DNA of 64,000 nucleotides from Lama guanicoe (lineage: Eukaryota): positions 17,290,711 through 17,354,710 of the forward strand of contig MU054187.1 of NCBI GenBank assembly GCA_013239625.1, in the 5' to 3' direction. A program made the position numbers and the translations under genes. Positions within the stretch are counted from its first letter, which is position 1. The number at the start of each line of letters is the position of its first letter. The notes under the pieces were generated by a model. The model did no database searches, was not told the origin of the DNA, and saw only the letters and a program-made list of their open reading frames with translations. Positions 53,125 through 64,000 of this stretch are shown here, piece after piece.

Positions 53125-53406
53125 TCTTAAACCAGTCAGTCTGGAATCACCTAATCAGCAACAGTTAGGTCACCTGCCTAATTGACCCCTGATGTCCCCT
53201 AAAGGAAAGTGACTTTGCCACAACCAGTTGCTTTTTTGTCTCATATGACTTCCTTGTTCCTGCCCACATTTGCCTCTAAAAGTCTTCATTTTGTGTAGCT
53301 CCTCAGAGCTCCTTTCTGGCATGTGGGATGTCACGCGATTCATGAATTGGTGAATAAAGCCGATGCAATCTTTAAAATTTACTCAATTGAATTTTGTTTT
53401 TTAAGA
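53125..53406 (+). mobile_element. ERV1 LTR 3' portion (MER4/MER34-39 group-like)
   Basis: GCCTCTAAAAGTCTTCATTTTGTGTAGCTCCTCAGAGCTCCTTTC...CGATTCATGAATTGGTGAATAAAGCC...TCTTTAAAATTTACTCAATTGAATTTTGTTTTTTAA, with TATA-like and polyA signals. Confidence 0.65.
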
Positions 53407-54059
53407 ACCCCAAATGTATGTGTTGAAATTCCTAAAATGTTAGTGTAATTACTTTGATCTGGCAACTCCAGAATATCCTTATCAGCCCTTAAACATCACC
53501 AGACAGAGAGTAGCACAGTCCCACTAGACATTAAATGCCCTCAGCACTTCACTGTGCCACCACCAAGTCTGCACTGTCAAATGCAGAAAGCCCTGGGCAA
53601 CCTTCTCTTGGCATCATTTATGAGTAAAAATTGGAGAAAACCCATTTTCTGGTCAAGTAAATAAAAATTAACCATTCTTCTCTCAAAAGAGGAGAATTGG
53701 AAACTTTTTCTAACAGCTAACATGTTTTATTCTTGCTGAGCACTGTTTAAAACTCTTCTCCAACAAAAATAACCATCCATAATTTCGTTATCTGTGCTAC
53801 TGTTTATAAAATAATAAAGTGGGGACTTAAATAAACAAAGAAAAATCAAAAGCAGATGTTTGTCTAAAGTCTTACATAATTCTGCAGTGCATAGAGATTT
53901 TCAGGGGCAAAGGCTGTGGCAATTCAGAAATACAATATTTCGTTTTGCTCTTGATTAAAAGATAAAGAAAGGTTAAAAAAAGAAAAGTTAAAAACAACAT
54001 AAACAACAACAGAGTAAACACTTGCACAGTAGTTGGTGAGCGTGACTCTTTGGTAAGCT

Positions 54060-54900
54060 GGATTCTCCTTTAAAATACCCAGGGAGACGTCTGAGCCCTC
54101 ACAGCTACCCCACAATCACTGCCCTCACTTCGATCCAGTTGATTGTCCCTTCCACCCTCCACCACAGCTGTTGAAAGACTTTCTCCAAGCTCCCTTCTCA
54201 TCCTCATGCCCTTCACACGTAGTAGATGACCATTTCCCATCGCGTTAAAGATAAACACAGCTGTCAGCATCAGCTTCTCAGATGTCCCCCCAGTCACTTG
54301 CACCTCCTCGCCTGGTCTCACATCCTTCTGGTCTCCCTACTCCTGTCCAAAATTAATAATGAATATCTGGGCTCTCCACCCGCCTCCATCTTCCTATTTC
54401 CTCTCAACATCGAATTCGTGTATTTTTCTTTCTTTCTCTTACCATGCCACTTTCTTTTTCTCCAGTAATTCCTACCACTATGCCTAGGTCTTCCTGACCC
54501 TCCACACCCCCTGGCAGGTACCAGCAGTTAGTTCTTCTAACCATGTCTTCTTTTGAACGCTCCCTCAGCTTCTAAGACGCTGAGCTCTTTTGGTTTTCTT
54601 AGATGTTCTTTTTCTCTTTCTTTCACTAGTTTTTTACACTCAAGATCCTTTAATTGTCATTTTTCTAGTACTGACTGTTTTTAGTTGACCTATAAATGCT
54701 AACTCTAAACTATCTGAAATACAGTAATTACTTAGTTACCAAACTGTGGTAAACCTACAAATTAATCCCTAATAAACTGTTTCCGATCCTATCACTTTTG
54801 AGGTCCAGGTGATCATTTCTGAGTGCCTACTAAACGTCTCTACTTCTTCGATAGATTCCCAGCTCAACAAACTCTGAGGGGAATGAATGAATGAATACAT
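54060..54900 (+). mobile_element. L2 remnant (degenerate)
   Basis: Pyrimidine-rich L2-like sequence (TTTTGAACGCTCCCTCAGCTTCTAAGACGCTGAGCTCTTTTGGTTTTCTT; TTTCTGAGTGCCTACTAAACGTCTCTACTT), ending in GAATGAATGAATGAAT. Confidence 0.5.
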
Positions 54901-55954
54901 AATACATACATACATAAATTAAGTAAGTAAGTAAGTAAATAAATAAATTGCCCACTGTTCATATTTCCAAGTGGAGAGACATCCATTAGATAAAAAAACC
55001 CAATCCCTGAAGAAAGAGAAATATCTTAATTCCTTGGTGATTTTGGTATAAACTCCATATCTTTAGCTCTTGCTTCTTTTTGGGAGCTGGCTGCCAGCAG
55101 GGAGCATGTGTTCAGATCTATGGTTCAATGCTGTTAAATTTTACAAGCACAGAGGACATACTATGAGAGTTCGGCATAAAGTGCTCTGGGAACACAAAGC
55201 TAAAATAAATAATCTCACTTAGTAAAAAGGGTGGGTCGGGGAACACTAAAAAAATAGTAAAATTTGAAGATATTTTCCAGGACAAGAATGGAATCTCAGG
55301 CTTTGCATATTTTTTACTATAATATATTTACTTACATATTTATATACAAATGTAAATATATATGTATAATATAGGAAGCATCATAAAATCGCAAGAATGC
55401 TCAGTGGAAGAAATGATGTTCTTAGAAGATAAGCATGTGGGGTACAGACTGAGACTAAAGGGCTAGAATAACAGGAAGGGTGGAAGGCTACCTGGAGATT
55501 CGGGGTTAAGCGGTAAATGAGGTCACTCAGGAAGCCTGAAGACAGATTATGAAAGTGTTCCTATGCCTGGTTAAGGAATTTAGATCTTAACTTACAGGCA
55601 CTATGATGACACAAGAGGCATTTAATCCATTATGTAACAAAAATTAGTTTTGAATTTTAAAACAATAACCATTATATCAGTACGGAAGATTTGACTGAAT
55701 CACTGCCATATGTCCAGTGACTGGAGCAGCCTTTGGTTCACTGAGGGCTGGCACAACACAACTGTTGAGGGAATACACTGTGTCAATGGATGAAGGCAGC
55801 CAACATACTATTCCCAATGGCTTAGACAGGAGTAACGAACAGAGAAGAGGCATGGCAGAGACGACTGGAAATATAACTGAGCGCATTCTCCATACGAAGG
55901 GAGGACTAGCAGGATTTAACATTTGTTACATGTCAGAGACTATCTTGACTTTTT

Positions 55955-56090
55955 CATTCATTCAGTCCTCACAATAACCTTGTGAGGAAATCAAGATTCA
56001 GAGAGATTCAGCATACTACAGTCACATTGCAGGGAGCCACCAGAGAACAATTTAGCCAACATTTTGACTTTAAATCACACGCTTTTCACT
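55955..56090 (-). mobile_element. MIR SINE remnant
   Basis: TCATTCAGTCCTCACAATAACCTTGTGAGGAAATCAAGATTCAGAGAGATTCAG...GTCACA. Confidence 0.6.
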
Positions 56091-58364
56091 CCAGTAGGGC
56101 TCCAACAGTGCCAATGTAAGATTTAGCCCTTAAAGAAAATACCTATGGTCTCTGAAGCTTGCTATATTATTCTTAAGAAAGATGCTCAATGGATTAGCAG
56201 TTTGCAGAATGTGTATTTTCTTACCTGTTATGTATCCTGAAAGTCCTGACCCAAAAAGTCAACAGACCCCAGTAAAGTCATCATCTCTCCCCACCACTCT
56301 TTGTCTTAAAATGGTCTCTAATTCGATCATCAATTACAATGCCACTGCTCATGTCCTACTCTTAGAAGTAATTCTAGTTTCTCTAATTAATCATACCCTC
56401 TGTGTTCAATTAATCACCAACTTATGCCAATATTTGCCTAAAAAATTTTCAACCCACCTTCTCTTACCCATCCATCCAACTCTAGCCCACTGTAGACTCT
56501 CCGCCTGTCACACATTTTACTGTCAGTCCTTACTCTCCAGCTTTGCTCCACTCCAATATTTTCTATTCTGCTATGTCTGTATAGAATGTATGGATTTAAT
56601 TTATTTAAGTATTATTCTTTAAAATATTGTTTAAATAAGCAGGAAATTATGCTGAATTTTATTGTACAAGTTATTCTTATGGGAAAAATGTTTCTGCCAA
56701 TTTCTTTTAGAAACAAGAAAAGAAATATAAGCAAATGTTAATTACAATCTTTTATTTAAATCTACCAAACTCTACATACCATTGCCTACTGTGTCTTAGG
56801 ATGGTTGAATATCAATTTCTGTTACAATTATTATTTTTTTCATTATCTAATCCCTCTTATCAATACATTTCTGAAAGTAAAAGAAATAAAAATCTCCACT
56901 CCATCTCCAACTGTAATTGTGGTCAGAACATTGCCAGTTTTCTTAGATATTTAAGCAATGCTATATGTCAAATGGAGAAAGCTGAGGGAAAAGTGCCAGA
57001 AAAAAGCAGTCTTGCATTTCTTTCTGGTCAAAATATTTTCATCCCAATTCTGCTTTGGCAGAAGTTATAATTTTTTTTCATGAGGACTCAACAATCCTTG
57101 AGGAGGAGATTATTTATATTTCTTATAAATTTAATATGTAAGTTTTAAGGTAAATAAAAATTTATTTATGAAAGGCAGGATTTTACATGAAAAATTCAAG
57201 ATACATAACCATTTAAAAATTTAAATTAGTTGTATCAAACCTTAGTATTTTGATCTGATTAAAATATAACCACTTTTTTTTCTTATGGCATTCAAAAAAT
57301 ACTTACCAGAAATTTTGACTTCTGCAGTAACTCATTCACAAAATAATCATGGAAGCAATTATTAAAAATATTTTATAACTCCAGTTGCATCATTCATGAC
57401 TAATAACCATAAAGGCAATGCCACAAAGCTGTTATGCTGAGTGTATGTTGTTATTTTTTCCAAATATAGAAACAATTATTAACAGAGAATTGTCATGTTG
57501 TGTATGAACATAGAAACGGCAACATCTTCTGCTTTATTAGCTTCTTCTAACCCAATTATAGGACAGAGCTCTTTAGAGCACCAATATCATTGTCTGTTTC
57601 TTTGGGTTTCCATAAACTTCAGACATTTTTGCCACCCAGGTTCCCAGAGACAGTGTCTTGTTATGAACACCCACACTCTTTGGGTCAGAGTGGCTCTGTC
57701 ACATGGGAAGAGAAACAAAAGCCTTTCCTTCTCTCAGGGATAAATTATACAATGACAATAATGACAGCTGAGGCAATGGACAAAGACTTCAAATAAAGAA
57801 AATATATAAAACGATTATTTAAAAAGTTGCCTTTAGTGACACAATAATATAATGGAAAGCAAAGAGGTTTACTTTAATGGATTTAGGAAGAAGTCCTTGG
57901 TGTAGAGAACTTCATGGTGCTTATTACCAATAGGATATGTTTATGGGAACCTATCACAGCAATGCTGGCTGAATTTCAGAAAAGTAATAACATCACTCAC
58001 TTGGGATTTCCAGAATATAGTCCTTCCTGCGTTTCCACGCTTCTCATTTCCTTATAAAGGTGCTTATGAAGAAGCATCCTTTCTGTAACCATTTGTTTCT
58101 TTATGGCAAAAAATTCAAACCTCGGGCTAGAATGCCAATACTTATCACCTGTAGAAAGAAAATTCTCTTATAGAAAAACACATTAGTAGGAAATAGTCTA
58201 ATGCATACTGTTTATTTGCTAAATATCTCATGAACTTTGTTCCAATAGCGCAGCATCTATACTGAGAAATTTATTGAACAAAAGAATGCAAATCTTGTCA
58301 AATTGTCTAATATTGGTATTCTTGTGTCAAAAGTCATGTGACTATTATGACCTGTAAGGACTAA

Positions 58365-58590
58365 TATAAAGACTGGGATTTCAAAATTGTAGAATAGATA
58401 AACAAGATTGTACTGTATAGCACAGGGAAATATATACAAGATCTTATGTTAGCTCACGGAGAAAAAAATGTGACAATGAATATATATATGTTCATGTATA
58501 ACTGAAAAATTGTGCTCTACACTGGAATTTGATACAACATTGTAAAATGATTATATATCAAAAAAAGTTAAAAAATAAATAAATAAAAAC
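58365..58590 (+). mobile_element. Young 5'-truncated L1 3' end
   Basis: AGAATAGATAAACAAGATTGTACTGTATAGCACAGGGAAATATATACAAGATCTT...GTGCTCTACACTGGAATTTGATACAACATTGTAAAATG plus A-rich tail. Confidence 0.85.
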
Positions 58591-59952
58591 GAGAAAAACC
58601 TTGTCTTAAAAAGCATAGTGCTACTAACGATTCTACACTGAAATAATTAATACAAACTCAAGAAGTTTCATTTTTCATCCCATTACTAAGACACAAAAAT
58701 GAGATCTGCTTAAATACAATTTTGAAGTTTATATAAAGGTTTCACATTAATGGATGGAGAAAAAGCATATATGGGAAAACACTATACATGAGTAAATCTC
58801 TGAATTAGTATGAAAAACTCATTTCTATAAACGTACAAGTTTGTATCAACATAGTGTGTGATTAAAAGAAGACTATAAAAATGTTAAGGACAAATTTTTT
58901 AAAAGGCCTTGATTATAATCTTAATTCTATATAGCATCTTACTCATTTAATAGAGATAATTTAACAACTGTATAAGTAAGGTTTTGATTTATAACTTTTA
59001 AACATTTTCCTGTATGTATAACCCTGTATCCAAAAAATTCCAAAACAATTTCTTTTATCAGTTATCCTATCTTAATTTGATGTTTGTGATCATTAAACTC
59101 ATTAACAATAATGGGAATTCAAACATAATTTATGTTTGGGTGAAATTTTGGTTTAAAGTATTTTATGTTTCCATATTCCCTTTCACTTGCAAAAAAAAAT
59201 CTAGACAATGATTTAGCTGAAATGTTGTTCTATTCTTCTGAAATTAACTACAGCTCTGTGTACTTTCATTATCCATCTAATATTTAGGAAATGTTTTCTG
59301 ATCACAAGAGTTTATTTCAGTTGAATTCACAGATATTATGTCCTCGTGCCTACAGAATTTTGGGAGCTCCTGGAGATTTAATCCTACTTAACCATCGAAG
59401 ATGAGTCATGAAGCAGTCACTGACATAGTGAGGGCTGACTGGTCACTATTACAACAACCATGACACAAAAAAACTTGGTTTGTTTATAGCAATATAGTAT
59501 AATATAGATACTTTTGTTTTTAATAGATGGTAAATATTTTAATTGCATGTAATTTAGAATGAGTAATTTAATAATTGTATGAGGGTTTTTTTGATAAATT
59601 AGCAAAGATGTCTAAGAAAGAGAGTGAAATTTCAACCATGATATTATGTTGATTCCATCATAAATGGTTCTCAAAAAATGTACTTCAATATATGCATGTG
59701 TTTCACAAAAAGAAAATGTCCACATCAATATTGAAGAAAAGGCCATCTGGAATCAGTAATTTTTTTTTCTTTTTTTATGAAGAAAGAAATCTAAGTCCTA
59801 AGGTATCATATGCTCAATGCATTGGGTGAATATCCTTTGCCCATGATTGACTAAATCTGCCAGTTGGTTCAGTTGGAATGACTGGATTAATTTGCTAAGA
59901 GACAGTGTCCTCAGATATTATAAGGAGATTGCATATTTTGTCTTTCCAACCT

Positions 59953-60302
59953 CTCTCAGTCTGCTCAGGCTGCTGTAACAAAATGCAGCAGATCTGGGGA
60001 CTTACAAAATAAACATCTATTTCTCACAGTTCTGAAGGCTGGGAAGTTCAAGATCAAGGCACTGTTGTCTGGTGAGATCTCTTCCTGGCTTGCACATGGC
60101 TGTCTTCTTACTGTAGCCTCACACGATGGAGAGAATGATCATCTTTCTTGCGTCTCTTTTCAGGAGGGCACCAATCCCATTCCTAAGGGTTTCAACCTCA
60201 TGAACTAATTACCTCCCAAAGACCCCCACCTCCAAGCAACATCACATTGCGGATTAGGGCTCAACATATGAATCTGGGGGTAAGGGAGCATTTAGTCTAC
60301 AG
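59953..60302 (-). mobile_element. MaLR MLT1A-type LTR
   Basis: CTCAGTCTGCTCAGGCTGCTGTAACAAAAT...ATTTCTCACAGTTCTGAAGGCTGGGAAGTTCAAGATCAAGGC...CTAATTACCTCCCAAAGACCCCCACCTCC...ATTAGGGCTCAACATATGAAT. Confidence 0.9.
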
Positions 60303-60507
60303 TCCAACCTATTCACAAATTTTACTTTTGCCTTAAAGGATGTAAATAATTTTGAATTGTAGAATGTTGCCGGCTCTTGTGGAGAACTCCCTTATAAACT
60401 TAAAAAAATACAACATGATCCTTTCTTTAGTCTTCTCTGATTAAAAACAGTAATTCCAGTTATCACAATTTTTTCCTAAATTTCTTATCTAAAAATCAAT
60501 GCATATC

Positions 60508-61047
60508 TGTGGTAGGCAGAAATTTAAGATGGCACTTATGACCTTCACCTCATGATATTACTCTTATGTTAATGTGACAGAAGGGAGGTTTTTCAGCTGG
60601 GCTTTATGAAAACATATGAGCCTTCTTAAAGCAGAGAATGTTCTCCAGATCACAGTAGACAAGGAAGTCAAGGAAATTCAAACTGCTAGAAGGACTCAAT
60701 GCATGGAGGTTGGGGACATGTGAGAAAGGAGGGTTCATGTGAGAAAAAATGTGAGTGGTTATCTCTGAGCAGGGCGTGCTCCTGTCTGACATCTGGCAAG
60801 GATCAGAACCCAAGACCTCTGGCCACAAGGAACTGGATTCTGCCAGCACCCTGAATGAGTTGGGAAATAGATTCTTCCCCAGGGTATCAAGCTGGCACCT
60901 TGATTGGAGACTTCTGAGACCCTGAGCAGAATTCTGTGGAGCTCATTAGGACTTCTTAACTGTAGAACCATGAGCTAATAAATGGGTATTGTTTGAAGCT
61001 GCTAAATTTGTGGTAATTCATTTTTGCAGTGATGAAATCTAATATGC
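60508..61047 (+). mobile_element. MaLR MLT1E-type LTR
   Basis: TGTGGTAGGCAGAAATTTAAGATGGC...CACAAGGAACTGGATTCTGCCAGCACCCTGAATGAGTTGGGAA...GAAGCTGCTAAATTTGTGGTAATT. Confidence 0.88.
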
Positions 61048-63721
61048 TAAGTTTGTGTATTTTACATCTCCTTCAAGCTATAATCTCAATGTTGCTAAAA
61101 CTAGGACCATGACCTACAGTCTGAGACAGGACAAGGACCGAAGCATTCATTGTTTCATACTGAAAACCAGCTCTTACTGTGCACCAGGTACTGGACTTGA
61201 CGAAGAACTGAAGATGTCATGACAGTTACTACCATGAGAACCTCAGGTCAGACAGAAAAGTAAAAACATACATTGCTACATAGAGTAATGAATTCAAAAT
61301 GTAAAACACTTCAAAATATGAAGGTAGAACCAAGAAGGGCATATTTATTTAATTGCTGGAGACATATGAAGAGATGTTTCCGAAATTATTTATTATTAAA
61401 ATGCTTCTTATTTCATTATCTGACGTGTGTTACTGAAGATCTCCATTTCCCTTACTCCTGTCTCTTTATATTATACATTTTAGGATGACTGTGTCACCTA
61501 CAGTCCTGCAGACAAAGTTAATTTATTATATAACTTACTAACTTTCATTTTCAATCATTTAATCTATATCAGAATAATCCACTCAAAATATTTTCAATCC
61601 AGAGGAGGGGTTTATGGAGTGCCTAGCATAAGAATTCAACTGAACACAGAAAGGTGCTCAATAAATTCTGAGACTACAATTTTGAATTGGACCAGAGAAA
61701 TTCGCCTCATGAAATCAAGAACACGGGGAGTTTCAACATTTACACACTGAGAAAAATAATGTATTTAAGAAAAAAATAACCTTCAACAAAGCATTACTTT
61801 TTTAAAAGAAGGCTGGTTCAACTATTAATATGTAGATATGCTACTTATTAATGCAGCTAATTATATGCCCCAAATAACAGGCATATCACTCACCATAAAT
61901 AAAACATGTAGAGTGTTTTTATTCTCTTTCAGAAAGGATCCTTTTATATAATTGCTTGGAAATGTCATTAAAACCATTTCTGCATAACAGAAACAAAAAA
62001 GGTTCAGACCATCTCTACTTTAGAGATTTTTTTTTCTGCGGTATGTCACAAGTTACTGAAATAGAGACTGCTTGTAAATATTAACCAAAAAGGGATCTTT
62101 TGTGAAATTAATAGCCTTTTCTATTCTATACATGTCAACAGTGCCTGTGATTTTACCGTCAGTCTGCTTGGTATATTTAACAATTAGTTTAATACTCGAA
62201 GTCCTTAAGGACAAAGACAGAAGAGCTGCCAATTTCCAGTATGGCGAGAGATCACTCACAGCCCCAGGCTAACGAGTTACAGTTTATTTCTTTGACCTCT
62301 TCTTGAAATGAATGTAGGATCCTTTGAAGTAAAGGTTGAGCATGGCTATCTTCCATTTTGATTTCTCGTTTCTAATTAGGCCAAATAGGTCTAATCAAAA
62401 TATTTTAAAAGAATATTAAAATACCTTAAAAAAGAGCAGATTTTAGGATAACAGTACACCAACAACATGATAGAGATAATGAATTGAAAAAGTGCCTCAC
62501 TCAAATGACTTCCTTTATACATAAAGAAAATCATAAAGAATGAAAGTAAACGGAGAAAGTGTTAATGACTGTGTGTTGGCTGGGTAATACAAATTGGTCC
62601 AATGTCTCTTTTTTTTCCCCCAAATAAAGTTAACATAATTCTAAAAAAGAGAAAGAAAAGAAAAAAAAGGAGGAAGGAAAGTAGGAAAGAAGGAAGATCT
62701 TTGTATAATAGCAGATCATCTCTTACTGATTTGTGAGAAAGCATGAAGTTCATCTTTTTAATAGATTGTTTTAATCTAGCAAATTGGCAAATAGAAAATA
62801 AACTATGTATGATTCAATTAGGTGAACTGACATAACATTTCACAGAGATGATTTCTGTTGAATACTATTATTAAAGAATTATTTTCATAGTTAAATGGAT
62901 GACACACAATTATAAAATAAACATATGTCAAAATTTTAGCTTACTAATAAGTGAAGGAATCAGTAAGTTAAAGCAAGTGCAAAGTAAACTTGAAGACACA
63001 CACACACACGTACACACCCACAGTCAGGAAAGCTGGTTAATTTACAAAAATTGATACAGAATTGCTTGATATCTAAAAGGCAATAGAATATAATGGACTC
63101 ATCTCTTGGAATGGGGAAGATGGATTCAAGGCATTTTTGCATTTCTACCCCCAAAAATTCACTTGCATCTTTTGAATAAGAACAATTTGCATCACTGTCA
63201 GCCCTATACAAGTTAACTTCTATCTCTAAAAATTGCAAAATAAACCAATTAACAGACTCCTTTAGAATCAGAGAACCTCTAGGGTTTGCTGGACAACATC
63301 AAGTACTCTACAGTAAAGGTAGAATGTATTCTTGTTACCTATTTCAAGATTTCACTTTTTTCCCCCAACACTCTGTCCCTTTTCATACCCAGAAATGTAT
63401 TCTTTCATTAAAGAAAAAAAATTTATTGATTATTTATATTAGGTTAGTGCTGGTAACAGATATTAAGCACGCAAAGTTGAATAAGATGGATCCATTCACC
63501 AAAGACATTTTGGTTAAAAAATGAATGGAATCAAGTAAATTATCATATTCAGTCCAGTGAGAGAAATAATACGATGGTGTGAATGAAGCCCAGTGTGAAT
63601 CAATACCACAACAAATAAGATAAACATATAAATAAGGTGGGATGTTTAAAAAACACTCTCAGAAGAAATACTTGTGTTCAACTCTCAAGGACACAGAGAA
63701 TGACTAGTTGAGTCAGGTTTG

Positions 63722-63910
63722 TGCTCCTCACGGTTCTGGAAGCTTGAAGTCTGAGATCAAGATGTCAGCAGAGTTGATTACTTTGAGGTTTCCCTCCTGG
63801 CATGTAGATGGCCATTTCCTCTGTCTGTTTTCACATGATCTTTCTTCTGCGCATATTTCCATCCTAATCTCCTTTTCTTATGAGGATGCCAGTAACATTG
63901 GATTTGGGCA
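63722..63910 (-). mobile_element. MaLR MLT1 (A/B-like) LTR fragment
   Basis: CTCACGGTTCTGGAAGCTTGAAGTCTGAGATCAAGATGTCAGCAG...TCCTAATCTCCTTTTCTTATGAGGATGCCAGTAACATTGGATT. Confidence 0.8.
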
Positions 63911-64000
63911 GTATACTGCATATATGTATTCACATGCAATATAATGTGTATGTGCAGTCGAACTGTAATAATTCTTCCTAATAAAGCTGAAAAAGGAGAA

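Noticed and set aside
56182..56622. Longest N-free ORF (146 aa)
   Set aside because: Leu/Ser/Cys-rich with no recognisable domain, overlapping L2-like pyrimidine-rich sequence; consistent with chance.

Overview
AT-rich mammalian genomic DNA, most likely a camelid (alpaca/llama/camel), inferred from tRNA-derived SINEs resembling the camelid Vic-1 family and young L1 3' ends. I recognise no intact protein-coding gene, RNA gene or CRISPR array. The ORF track is explained by L1/ERV remnants, N-runs and chance, so the window reads as intronic or intergenic. It holds many decayed retroelements: L1, L2, MIR, MaLR MLT1 LTRs, ERV1 LTRs, and one ERV1 provirus fragment with LTR, PBS, gag-MA and RT remnants. 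An 840-N gap is flanked by a near-identical ~1.1-1.3 kb duplication, probably an assembly artefact. The most interesting non-repeat signals are a ~10 kb repeat-poor stretch (~34.2-44.1 kb) with a possible bidirectional promoter at ~38.9-40.0 kb, a compact GC-box/MEF2-like/E-box/TATA module at ~51.1 kb, and a few isolated exon-like segments. All are hypotheses, and repeat family names come from recalled consensus sequences rather than a search. I found no convincing new biological system.
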